The position numbers were made by a program, and so were the translations under genes. This document shows positions 11,827 to 24,931 of a DNA stretch of 64,000 nucleotides, in pieces. The stretch's first letter is position 1; every line of letters begins with the position of its first letter. The notes under the pieces are model-generated. The model searched no databases, was not told where the DNA came from, and saw only the letters and a list, made by a program, of their open reading frames with translations. The stretch spans positions 1-64,000 of the forward strand of contig CBFFRP010000134.1 of the NCBI GenBank assembly GCA_965644295.1. The letters are read 5' to 3'. Source of the stretch: Paraphysomonas bandaiensis (lineage: Eukaryota; Protista; Chrysophyceae).

Positions 11827-13835
11827 TCACGATATAACACATCGTTTTTTATCCTTTGCATTGAGTAGGGCTTCATTTTCTTCTTGAAGTTCAGTTACTC
11901 GTTGACTAAGCTTATCTCGCTCCGCACGTAATTCAAAGATTTCAGTTTCTTTTCCTTCTAGCTCGCGCACTCTATCTCCAAGTATGGAATTTTTCCCTTC
12001 CAATCGTGTACGAATCTCCTTCTCTTCTTCAAAGTTCCTCTCGGCTTGGCGCTTATTTTTGGTTAGTTCCTCAAGAGAAGCCGCACTGCTAGTACATTGG
12101 GCAGTTAAATCCGCGTTATCCGCTTCGAGTGTCCTGATTAGAGCCTCGGATTTCTCATTCTTATCCCTCAAAACATTACACTCGGAGTCCCTGGCAGATA
12201 ATTGCGTTGATCTCTCTTGCAAAGTCTCTTGCAACTCCTCAATCCTCTCCTCATAAGTGCACTTGATTGTATTTAGCAAGGATCCTGTGCAGTCTAGTAG
12301 CTTTGACTTGGAGAACGTGCTGAGCACTTCATATTTACTGGGCCCCCGCGCACGCCCCATATATTGTCTGTAAAGTTCGTTCCAGTCGTCGCGAAAGCCC
12401 TTCAAATCACTTACATATGACTTCTCTTGCATTTCATTTTCAGACAGCTTGGGGCGAATCAATGTGTCAAACAATTCCGCTACCACAGTTCCGCATAATG
12501 TTGTGGAGTGACTGATGTTACTCTCCATGTATTGCGTGTACACAGTGTTAATGTCCACTTGTAACCTGTCGAGAACTTCTTTAGCAGATGAGCCCACGGC
12601 CCGTTGCTTATATGCAGTGACTGATACGGCTGTACTCTCCTCATGGTATCTTCGCAGTTCCCCCTCCTCAATAGGTAGAGCTGCTACCGGACACTTGGAG
12701 TGAAGAGAGTCATTGTATATACATAGGGCATTTTCTTTTGCATCCAAACACTCCTGCTCATTGCATGTAAATGAATATATCAACAAAGCTTAGAGAAAAA
12801 TACCTGTTGGCTTACTCCTTCCCATGCTGATGATATTGTTGGCACACCTCCAGCATTAATAGCGCCCACATACGCACCAACAAGACCCGCAAACATTGGT
12901 CCATTCAGAGGTTTGTTGTCAATTGATTTTGGTTGCAGAGATCCAAAGACAATCGACTTCAGCTCCTCCATCGAGTCTCTGAAGTCAGGCCGTAGATCAC
13001 CATAAGAAATTAAATCCACCTGCTCAATAGTTAAGACTAGTACAGTAAGCATATTCGTGGGGTTCGTGACCTGTTGAAGAGCCTGCTCATCACTGACTGG
13101 GCGGACGAGGGTAACACATTTCCTATTCGGAAAAAAAGCTGAAAGCATATTACGAATTCGGTTGCGTTCTAGAGTCTGTTTATCAAAGCCAGGTGTCTGT
13201 TCTAAAGAATTTTCAAGATACTGAGTAGGAGAAATGGGATCTCCATCTTCGTCTACAAGCTGCAATGTAAAGTCTCTAACCACCCACACAAACGACGGAA
13301 AGATCTTACAAAAATCAGACGCATCGCCATCTTCGTCTTCATTTTCTCCTGCTGCATTTGATGCTGATATCTTGATATGATTTGATAGCTGGGCAATAAA
13401 CGACAAATTACTAATGGCTGTTTCATCAATACTTCCAAGACTGTTATAAATCAGAGAAGAACACAGAAGTAGAGCCAAAGAAAAAATTCTAGCGTCATAT
13501 TTAGAGTCTCCTTCAACTCCTCCAATACCCTCTGTATCTAGTACTATAATTTTGCATGGTTCACCAGTAGACAGAGACCCGTTCAATGGGGTGCCCCATA
13601 TCCATAGGCCTCTCGTGCATCGATTAATTGAAGGCCCGACTGTAAATCCTGCATTTCTATCTAGTAACCAATTTAACAATGAGCTTTTCCCAGTACGATA
13701 GAGTCCAGCAACTGCAACAACACATACTTTCTCTTGAATAGTTCTGAGCATGCGTACAGCTGACTCATTGACAGCAAACTTATCATCTTCATGAATTTCA
13801 ATGAGAGGAATAGCCTGATTAACGAACACTGTCAT
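11827..13835 (-). CDS. GBP: Guanylate-binding protein (GBP1-like large GTPase) with coiled-coil tail and CaaX box; 2 introns
   Basis: G1 GLYRTGKS, G2 CTRGLWIW, G3 LDTEG, G4 VRDF; helical C-terminal half; ends KDKKRCVIS*; introns 13070-13020 and ~12803-12753. Confidence 0.92.
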
Positions 13836-13940
13836 AGTTACACTTGCCAACTGAGTAATATTTAAGATATTCTTTGTGGATGAAAGTGAAGTAATTGCAG
13901 ACCTGACTAATAAACCACACCTGATCCAAGTATCTTACCC

Positions 13941-15206
13941 ATGTGTGTATGTATGTATGTATGTATGTATGTATGTATGTATGTATGTATGTATGTATGT
14001 ATGTATGTATGTATGTATGTATGTATGTATGTATGTATGTTTGTATGTATGTATGTATGTATGTATGTATGTATGTATGTATGTATGTATGTATGTATGT
14101 ATGTATGTATGTATGTATGTATGTATGTATGTATGTATGTATGTATGTATGTATGTATGTATGTATGTATGTATGTATGTATGTATGTATGTATGTATGT
14201 ATGTATGTATGTATGTATGTATGTATGTATGTATGTATGTATGTATGTATGTATGTATGTATGTATGTATGTATGTATGTATGTATGTATGTATGTATGT
14301 ATGTATGTATGTATGTAGTATGTATGTATGTATGTATGTATGTATGTATGTATGTATGTATGTATGTATGTATGTATGTATGTATGTATGTATGTATGTA
14401 TGTATGTATGTGTGTATGTATGTATGTATGTATGTATGTATGTATGTATGTATGTATGTATGTATGTATGTATGTATGTATGTATGTATGTATGTATGTA
14501 TGTATGTATGTACAGTGTGTATGTATGTATGTATGTATGTATGTATGTATGTATGTATGTATGTATGTATGTATGTATGTATGTATGTATGTATGTATGT
14601 ATGTATGTATGTATGTATGTATGTATGTATGTATGTATGTATGTATGTATGTATGTATGTATGTATGTATGTATGTATGTATGTATGTATGTATGTATGT
14701 ATGTATGTATGTATGTATGTATGTATGTATGTATGTATGTATGTATGTATGTATGTATGTATGTATGTAGTATGTATGTATGTATGTATGTATGTATGTA
14801 TGTATGTATGTATGTATGTATGTATGTATGTATGTATGTATGTAGTATGTATGTATGTATGTATGTATGTATGTATGTATGTGTGTATGTATGTATGTAT
14901 GTATGTATGTATGTATGTATGTATGTATGTATGTATGTATGTATGTATGTATGTATGTATGTATGTATGTATGTATGTATGTATGTATGTATGTACAGTG
15001 TGTATGTATGTATGTATGTATGCATGTATGTATGTATGTATGTATGTATGTATGTATGTATGTATGTATGTATGTATGTATGTATGTATGTATGTATGTA
15101 TGTATGTATGTATGTATGTATGTATGTATGTATGTATGTATGTATGTATGTATGTATGTATGTATGTATGTATGTATGTATGTATGTATGTATGTATGTA
15201 TGTATG
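13941..15206. repeat. (TATG)n/(CATA)n microsatellite, ~1.27 kb
   Basis: Directly visible, few interruptions; alternating pyrimidine-purine. Confidence 0.99.
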
Positions 15207-15319
15207 GTTTGTCCATGTTTCGGACAAGTTAAGTGGAATGTGAATGTCAAGTTGTTGGTATGTGGTTATGTGCAGCGGTGAATGTTTCCATTCCTGCTCA
15301 TCTTTACATACTTAGTAAC

Positions 15320-16175
15320 ATGGCAGATAACATCGAAGAAGAAATCAATCATATCGTAACACTTCGTCAGTCTTCTGAATCACTTCCTTTAACTCCAGAG
15401 GAACTGTTCGATAATAACTCCGAGGGAAACATATCGATACGAACCTCATCAGATGTCAGGTCATATTGCACACAATTATTTCCACCGTTCTCTGAATTGC
15501 AACGAGTAAAACAAATGGAAAAAAATGAAAATAGACGTACAATGTTGAAGAAGTTATTGTCTGATCTGTTAAGAGGCTATTGGCATGGAGTGCACGTGAC
15601 GTCTCCAGTGCCTATGAGCTCAATGAACTTGAAAAAGAAAGTTGAGCGGATGATATATATACTATTCAACGCCCTGAAAAGATTAGGCGTCTCTTGTGAA
15701 GGTAATACACTCTTATTTTGAATCAACTTACTTGTTCTATTGTTCTATTGGGTAGAGCCTACGGACGGGGATAGCTTACAAGGTAATGTTCTGTTTCAAA
15801 TTATCTTGCTATGTACTAAGTATACTGTTTGTAATAGATCAAATGAAAGAATTAACTGCTAGAGTACAAGATCTTGAAGTGAGAGTTGATCCACTAGAAG
15901 AACATGTCTCAGAAATATTGGACCATTCAGGACACATGGGCAGCACGTTAGAGGCACAAATTTTAAGGTGCTTTACGGATTGGAACAGTAGTATGACCGT
16001 ACTTGAAATTCGAAGAAAACTTGATTTATTGTACTCGGTGCAAGAGCTTAACAGAAATTTATACCAAATGGAAAGAGAAAATAAACTTCGTAAAATGCCA
16101 CCGCGGAATGGGTCTCATAAACCTCAATGGAGAATGAGGCACAACTGGGATGTACATTTCTCCGGCCATAACTGA
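15320..16175 (+). CDS. Coiled-coil protein with C-terminal Z-alpha-like winged-helix domain; exons 15320-15701, 15756-15782, 15838-16175
   Basis: Two phase-1 GT-AG introns join ORFs 15233 and 15786; C-terminal LEAQILRCF...MTVLEIRRKL...VQELNRNLYQMERENKLRK...KPQW has the Z-alpha N-x3-Y and P-x-W signature. Confidence 0.75.
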
Positions 16176-16566
16176 TTTTCATACTGTTCAAAGTTTTAAC
16201 AGCGCAATTTCAAAACAATACTCATTTTTCGCAATATGATATGATATTATTGCCTGTGTTGAGTTCGGATTATTCTTCAGAAATTAAAAGCTGTATAATA
16301 CGGGTTTGAATTATAGCCGTTGCTTGAAGAATTGGTATGTAAACATAGCATTATATGAGTTTTTGATATGCTCTAGAGTAGCTTAGCTAAACTGAAGTAC
16401 TTAGATATTGGTTCGTAGGAGTGACAACTTCAATATAACGGATGACAAGAAATGAGGAGAAATGATTACTACAAATTATGAAATAAATGATTGTTGAGTG
16501 AGTTTATCGTTCAGCTATACCCGTTTCTGATAGTTATATCAATAATTACTTTGTTAAGAGCCAAAA

Positions 16567-16688
16567 TGGTTGCACCTTGGTGCTTGCAGTGAGGCACAAG
16601 TTAGTAGGATATCAGAGTTAAAACATTAGTTAGTTTAATTGTTTTTCTACATTAGTTCTCACTCTTACACGCCTACTGCTACTACTAG
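16567..16688 (+). mobile_element. Short 3'-tail copy of the LINE/SINE-like family
   Basis: GGTTGCACCTTGGTGCTTGC...TAGTAGGATATCAGAG...ACGCCTACTGCTACTACTAG is reverse-complement similar to the tails at 34125, 47968 and 56805. Confidence 0.7.
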
Positions 16689-17436
16689 TTAGAGAAATTG
16701 CGCGGGTTATAGTAAACTGTAATTGGAAATATTATTATATGCTGCCCCAATTAATTGACAACATGAGCATATTTGAAGACATGTTAAAAGGTCTATAATA
16801 AGAGTAAAAGTACATGTCGTTTGTACTTATGTACCGCCTTTGATTATGTATCGAAACTTACACGCGAGAACCAATTATACATTGCCAGTATCAAATTGAA
16901 CAGTTTGACAATTATTTAATTAATTAGCAGGTGAATTAAAATAAATTGTAAAAAATTTTAATTATTGCAATATCTATTAATTGTTTGTTTTTGAGGGGCT
17001 GAATGTAGAACCTTGTTTCCTAAGTTACATCAGTATTCTTCGCTCAAGGTTTTCTCCAATGCCAGAGAAGATCGGAAAAAGGAATACCTCTAATTTCTAA
17101 TGATATGCTCCGTGGTAACTGACTATAACTTAATTGACCACATAGAAACATGAACTACGTGAAAACATGGTGACCCATTGCACCTTCCATAATATTGAAG
17201 TGTGTCAAGTCCACCCAAAATGTTACACATTTTATATACTAACAACGTTATCGTTATCATCAAACATAAACCAATGCAACGATTTCTACTACACTATACC
17301 ACTATATACTCTACCTGGTACTACATACGTATTACTATGAATAAAACATACATCTTGTTGCGAAGTCTTCTCGCTACATATAACTAGGATGGTTCTAAAA
17401 TTACAAAATAACACGGTGACTATTGAGTAAATCTTC

Positions 17437-20400
17437 TCAGAAAAGAGTACGAAAATTAGGATTTCGGGTGGGCGAGTCTATATCATCAGCTCCTTGTGTT
17501 AATCCGTGTCCTTCGTCGGCTTCGTCACCTCCCACTGCACCCGTACTTACAACACTCTTACTCAGAGCCGCATCTGTCTCATCTTCGTCACTGTCATCTC
17601 CTATAGTGGAGGTTCGAGTATAGTACGACGATGCATATTTCGTAACAATAACATTGATGCGGTGTCCTACGACCGGGCCTACGGGCTCGAAATCATTCAC
17701 TGTAGCCTCTGATCCTCGCCGCTGAAGTACAAATAAGATATATAATTCAAACGAACCCAGCATATACATACCTCGTCAACATTCTCCACCAGAGACCGCT
17801 TTCGGAAAAAGTCGAACACAATTTGCTGAATAGACATGCAAAACTCTTTATCAACCTACTCACAAGAGTTAATAAAAAAATATACCACACGCTTAGCACA
17901 TACCATTACATTAACCTCTTTCAGGAATGAATATCCATCATTTCCTTCTAGGATGTGGCCTGTTAGTGCACATGTGTACGTCACCGTCGTATCGATGACC
18001 TTTTTTCCAACCTACACCAAAGCAGAAATATTTGTGAGACATACCACAGAAACCTTAACGATCATACTTTAGCATAACGGCATTTCGATGCACTAGGGTC
18101 ATCAGGGGGCAATGCATCAGTCGTGTACTCCAAGGACAAGCCAGAAATATGTAAAAACCTCCCATCCTATAACGAAGTGAATCACATCAAAAATATGTTC
18201 GAAGTATACAACGAGCAAATCGCATACCGGATTAGGTGTTCTCGAGACAGAATTCTTAAGGATCGCCAACAATTGCTTGCCAGTAATTTTGACAGTGGTC
18301 ACATAATCAAAGAATGGCAACATTCTAAATTCGTAATAAAATCTCAGTATAGTTGTTTCATCTTTATTTCACAAACCTGGAAATGTCTCCAACTGTAATT
18401 AATCCTTGTTCCATGATGCCATCCAATCTTATTGCGCCAGCATTAATAAAAGCTGGAGCAAAGCAATTTAGCTACAGTTAATTGACGATATCTCTGCCCA
18501 CTATCACATACCGAATGTAGCATTCGTGTGGTATCGCAAAATATCTGCAAGCATATTTCCAAGAGCGCATTCAGCCGTTCGCACCAGGTGCTTTTGCCCA
18601 TCTAGCCTCACAATCGTTGCCCCGATGGGTTTCATCATGGCCTTTACACGAATTTCCCCTGTAGATATATTACGAAAATATGGATAGACGACAATACATA
18701 CAAAGCTCCTGGATAATGCCATTGGCAGTCGAGTTCGCTGCAGTGTCGCTGTGAACAGTAACTATACCCGGAGGCCATTGCACGGATACTGTTTCTTCCT
18801 CACTTACAGTAACAGCAACCTATATACAACTCGCAATTACAACCAATATATTTTGAAATTGTATCATCTCTGGTTTCCTCACCTTCGTTAAAGAGCCAAG
18901 CCCGGCAGGAGATTTCAACCCTATGCCTCCATCTAGGTTCCACGTCTCAAACGTTTTAGAATGTCCACCAAATACAACATCAATTCCATCGATACTGCAG
19001 ATATATAAGAGACGAGCCTATCTTAAATGTAATGCTTCACCTGCTTAATTTTTCGTCTACGCGTTGGCGACTGCAGTGTGTGACAGCAATAACAACCTAT
19101 TTTGGAATACATTGTATAGGTTAAAACAGTTGAAATGAAATTAAGACAATTACTACCTCTGCCCCACGGCGACGAAGATCATCTGCGACATTTTTTGCAG
19201 TCTTAAATATATCCAAAAATTCAACGTTGTAGTCAAATTGCCCGGCGGTATCACATATCCAGCTATCCACTATTCCTATGATTCCAACCATCACTCCGTT
19301 CCACTCAACAAGCACCTGTAAAACATTAAACTACAAGTGCGACATGAAAACGGGAACTTACATCGGGCTCGCAATTAAGAAGGGGTTTTTGTGTGCTTTT
19401 ATCAATGACATTAGATAAAACCCATGTAGTTAAGCTGTTGCGTATATGGTTTTCTAGAACAGCAATGCCGAATTCAAAATCTCTATTGCCAAGAATAGCG
19501 TAATTAACGCCGGCTACATTCAAAAGACGAAACATTGAAGCGATATGGGGACAGGTGAACATGTCTGTGCACCCTAAAAAGTTACCACTAAATAAAATTA
19601 AAGGGTTGCAATCGTTGGTATGTTTCAGTGTAGCAATAAATTTCCCAACATGATTTTCATCAACTAACAAGTCCTTGAATACTCTGCTGAACCCAACCAT
19701 ATCACCAAAATGACAGAAGTTTACTTTTCTTGGAGGTTGCGGGCTCTCGGCAGGAATACTCTTGGTGCGATTAATTTCTGTGGAACTTGATGCCGATGTC
19801 TCAGGTTGTGTTTTCTCAGCACAAATATTTTCAGATATCGTTTTAATCGTATCTCTTAGACGCATTATTTCGGATCGGGCGATATCAACAGTCAATGGGT
19901 GCCCATTAAATGTTGGCTGGACCGTGACATCATCTTCTTGAAGGAAGAAATCGTCAAGATACCCTTTTGACGGTGTCTCCTGCGTAACTGGTGAGCCTTT
20001 TGAACTAATGGCAGGCAATACACTCGTGGAGGAGCTCACAGAAATAGGTGTTGGGGATTTGCTTCCTGAATTAATTGGTTGTAGCTTCGCACCTCCTTTA
20101 CTGCGGCCTCTTTCTTCGAGTGATAACCGTTGCTGCTCAATGAGGTCTTTTATCGCAAATCCAAGAACATCACGTGGTCTTTGTACAAGTATTCGGTGTA
20201 CCAAGTCTTTCAGGACAGGATTAACATCGTCAGATAGATACTGAAGCATATCTGTATGACGTGCCAATGATATCGGGGAAGGGGCAGCATTCTTCTTGCG
20301 CCTACGGGCAGCGATGCGCACCTTCTCTGCATGTCTTGTGGGGTCTCGTGGAGCAACCGGAGTATCTTGTGTAGTAACGGCTTTAGCTGTAGCGCGACAT

Positions 20401-23251
20401 GACATTGGAAAATAATACGCGATCTCTTTCGAGGCACACATTGCTGAGTCGGAGCTTTCTATAGCATTAACAACTCTATCTGTTGCAAATAGCGCGCGTA
20501 TTGAATCCTGCCGAACCGTTCGGATCTCTGTCATATCATCTGGCCCTATCAAATGTCTTAATCCCTTAATTGCTGAGTCCCGACGCACTTGAAGAGCAAT
20601 AACCGGGCCAGAGGTAATGTACTTCTTAAAGGAAACATACGGAATAGTTCCAACGCGGTGCGAATATACATCGTTTACAATTTTTTCAGTCAAATTCAGC
20701 CGCGACTCTGCTATAATTTGAAAACCGTGCCCAAGCAATATTGACACTATACTCCTGTAATGCAATTCTGACGAACATGGCTTAATTAGGGCCAAAGTGT
20801 CTTCAGTAACAACAGCTTCACCAGACCCATTATTCGGGTCCTCAACAGTGGGTTGGCCTTCGACCGCACACATTGCACCCTTGCGTGAAGGATTCAACCA
20901 GAAATCGATGTCAGTGAAAACATCCGGTTCACTCATACTACATTGGCATGCATTGTGGTACTTGTCCCTTCCAAATCTTCCTCTAAATGTGTTCGGGGCA
21001 GTTTGCATAGCGATTGATGCATCTTTATCACCCATTGCATTTTTCAGTCTTCTGATAGCATCTGTTCCTTCTACTACGACAATTAGCGATGGACCAGATT
21101 TCATAAAAGATTTCAAATTTGAGTAAGAAGGGTCCAGCAAGTGCTCTTTACAAACAACATCCACTACGTCATCGTTGAAAATCGAAAATCTCGTAGATAT
21201 TACCGCTAAATGGAGCTGACTCGATATCATATCTAGAATTGCCGGGATATACCCATTTTTGACTGCATCGGGCTTAATTACAAGTACAGACCTTTCATAC
21301 GGGGGAAGTAGTCTTTGAGCCTCTATCAGACTGGTCAATTTATCGAACACTATACTCTCAGGCGATGTGGCATCGACCTCTCTCACTTTACCACACCTTC
21401 GAAACATATCAATCACAGGAAGTGTTTGCTCGTAAAATAGTCGAAACCGCTTGGCAATAGCACTGATATTGTCTCCATCTCGCTCTTTCTGCAACCGTTT
21501 TCCCAAACGGTGTTGTACAATATCTTCAGGACATTTCAAGTACACCATGAATTTCACCGCACATTGAGAATCAACTGTATTATACCAAGTCTTGATATCA
21601 TTTACATTGCGCGGAAACGCATCGATGATAAAATCTCTTTCTTCACTGCGTGCTACTGCACGGATGATCAGTTTCACAATGATATCAGAAGGAATAATAT
21701 CCCCTTTCTGAATGAAATACTCGATGTCTTGTGCGATGTCCGAGTCATGAAATATCTCCTGACGAATTAAATCCTGTAAATTTAAATAACGCAAACCAAA
21801 CTGCTCCTCTATTCTAACACAATGAGTATGTTTACCACAACATGGGCCACCTACTACAAATATAATCGACCGCTGGGTTGCTCGCCGCAATGATGGTGCC
21901 AACTCACGCCATATAGTCTCCGTATTGCGGTTACCATCGACTTCAAGCTTTTTATCGGCATAGAAATCGAGTATAGACGACATGTGCATATCAAATGCCG
22001 CCAAACGAACCATAAGTTTTTCCTCGGTGTCATCTGATCGCTGTACCAACCTCGCACGAACGTCATCTGTTTCAGGTGGTGAGTACTTCATGTGATATAT
22101 CTTCCCTGTTTCAGGATCAACCCTGCGACCTACTACTCGCTCCACTAAGACAGACTCTGGAACTTTAAGATAAACAAAACAATCGCATGTAATCCCCGCA
22201 TCAGTAAGGGCCACAGCCTGCTCCTTTGTACGAGGAAATCCATCTAGTAACCACCCTCGACTCACACAGTCTCGCTGCTTCAGTCTGTCAAGGATAACTG
22301 CAATAATTATCACATCCGGCACAAGCTCTCCCTTGTCCATATATTTCTTCGCCTCATTACCTAGAGGTGAATTCATTCCAATTGCTTGTCGTAATATATC
22401 TCCCGTAGACAAGTGAACTACATTGAATTCATTCCTGTGAACAAAATCTTAGATACAGCGGCAAATCTGCGAATGCCTCACTTTATAAATTCGCACTGAG
22501 TCCCTTTTCCCGATGCAGGAGCACCAGCAATAATTATTCTAGGAGGAGATACCCCAACTGAGCGATTCGTCATAAATTTAATTTTTGGTGCTAAGTCCTT
22601 CCAGATAGCTTTCGGATCACGATCGCCATCAATTTCACACAGAGTGGAATTGAAAATGCTCTGAATGGAAGACATATTTGAATTAAAAGCATTGATACGG
22701 GTCTTTAACTTCTCCTCCGTATCATCAGGACGTTGAATAAGTCGAGAACAAATCTTTTCGTTTTCTGGAGGAAAATACTTCATGTGATATATTTTGCCCG
22801 TTTCAGGATCTAGTCGACGACCAACGACCCTTTCAACTAGAACAGATTCTGGAACATTTAAACGTATGAAACAATCACAGTTGATTCCTGCGTCAATAAG
22901 AGCTTCTGCTTGTTCTTTTGTACGTGGAAATCCATCTAACAGCCACCCACGCTCAATACAGTCACGTTGCTGCAGTCGACTCAGTATCATATTCACCATA
23001 ACGCTATCGGGCACAAGATCGCCATTATCCATATATTTCTTCGCCTCTTTTCCCAAAGAACTCTCTCGTGATATTTCATCACGAAGAATATCTCCAGTAG
23101 AGATATGAACTACTTTAAATTCTTGCCTGATATACACATACATGAACTCATCGCATTAACTGATCAAAGTATATTACCGTATAAACTCGCATTGAGTGCC
23201 TTTACCTGAGGCAGGTGCCCCAGCAATAATGATTCGTGGTGGAGTAGACAT
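17437..23251 (-). CDS. Multi-exon fusion: adenylate kinase x2, NMP kinase-like domain, NDP kinase-like x2, Dpy-30/RIIa-like motif, 5'-nucleotidase-like domain
   Basis: GAPASGKGTQC twice, LDGFPRT, RRxDPxTG lids; GGPCCGKHTHC/IDAFPR; LVIKPD and ALIKP NDPK starts; YLSDDVNPVLKDLVHRILVQRPRD; LFSGN..GNRDFEFG, GGHS, ECALGNMLAD nucleotidase motifs. Confidence 0.85.
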
Positions 23252-23342
23252 AAAATCTCCCCAAACACCCTTAATTATATTATATAGATGGGGATGTGAT
23301 GCTTATCATTGCAATGACCTTCAACGTTATGCTCCATGAGAC

Positions 23343-23395
23343 CATACATACATACATACATACATACATACATACATACATACATACATACATAC
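23343..23395. repeat. (CATA)n microsatellite upstream of the AK fusion gene
   Basis: About 13 CATA units ~90 bp upstream of the ATG at 23251. Confidence 0.95.
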
Positions 23396-24931
23396 ACACC
23401 TATACACATATGTGGCAATCGCCTAAAAACTGAAACTGCCGGACTGGGATTTTTATTATACGACGTACCCACAGTTCAATTTTTGTGTTGTAATTATCAG
23501 AGTTTTGGATATAAAAATAGAAAAATCGGGTTTTAGATATCAGAAAATTCTAGAATTCTGGTCATCTACTCTAGCTATGAACCAGACGATCATGCATCAT
23601 TGTCGCGGCGGTCTGCCTCACAAGTTGAAGTTCAGAGCACTTACAACGAGCGGTTGATTTGCACCATAGATTAGCGGTTTGGCTCTACACAGCTTGCTGT
23701 GGACAATATCAAGGCGATTTCTGATAGAAGACCCATACATCACACAGGATAGAACTTATTTCATTGAAACAGTTGGGATCATTACGATGCACTGTACATG
23801 AGTAGAAACGCCGAATGCACAATATTTTCGTCCTCCTTAATGTTCAAAGTATTAGTGACGAAGATTACCGAATCTGAACTCATTTGTTCTCGCCTTCGTG
23901 TTATCAGTTGGGTTGTCATAGCACACAATCGATGATTCGTAAATCCTGAATTCTATGACGACCAGTGACATGTATTGGAGATATGAACGAAGTTAGATGA
24001 TTGTAGCAATATACACATCGTAGGGTGTTCTAACGTATTGCCGTAACTCGTACTAACGACATCATTGAAGGTTACTGTCTCTGAGCGACTGCCGCTACTT
24101 GGTTGTTCATGCTGCTATTTTATAGTGCTTAAATGTTATATCTGTTAGCTATCGATTTCGAAATTCGGAAGGCATAACCCCAGGAAAAAGGGAATTTAAG
24201 TACATCTGTAATACTGAAGGAATTAAAGAGCAAAGAGTGTTGAGTGAGGATGGTAATATCGAATCCGGGGAAAACATCACAGGAATGTATATTACATATC
24301 TGCGTTGTAATACCTACAAAGGAATTTATTGACTGAAAATGAAAGTATAACATTCGTAGCGTCGTGGGACTATGCAAACCGACGCATAAATGCAAATTCA
24401 ACTTAAGCCGCCTCTCTGCCTTGTGGAAAAGACATGCAAAATGTATTTTTCATATTAAAACAAGGCTCGTACTGGCATTGCTATTTCTATGAGTTACTAT
24501 CGTATCTACTCTATTTTTAAAATTCTGAATATAATTGTACGGTTTGTGAAGTATAATTAATGTTCACTTAATGGCTTGAATATTTAGTATGACGTTCTAT
24601 GATAGTGTTAAAAAGTTTTTAGTTGTATACAATATAATCCAATAGACAATAATATTGTTGGGACGGCCAAATAAGTTATTTAAATTTAAAATTACTGATG
24701 GGATGCTAATTCCTAACATACTAACTAACATATTAATTTTTGAACATTGCCAAGATCGTGACAGGAAATATAAGTTGTTTGATTAGATAGATTATTATTA
24801 TTTATGAATTGTCATGTAAAACACATCAACAACGTAATTTTATACTTCTTTCATATCAACCTCTTATTAACTTCCGTATCTTCATGATACTTCTCTTTCA
24901 CAATTATAGCTGTATAGTATATTAGAGTACG

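Noticed and set aside
13941-15206. Telomeric array
   Set aside because: Internal, flanked by genes, and the unit lacks the G-runs of telomere repeats
13819-15281. Long YIHT/MYVC ORFs in several frames
   Set aside because: Artefacts of the stop-free (TATG)n microsatellite
23580-24500. Possible decayed coding sequence
   Set aside because: Fragmentary frames with no recognisable motif
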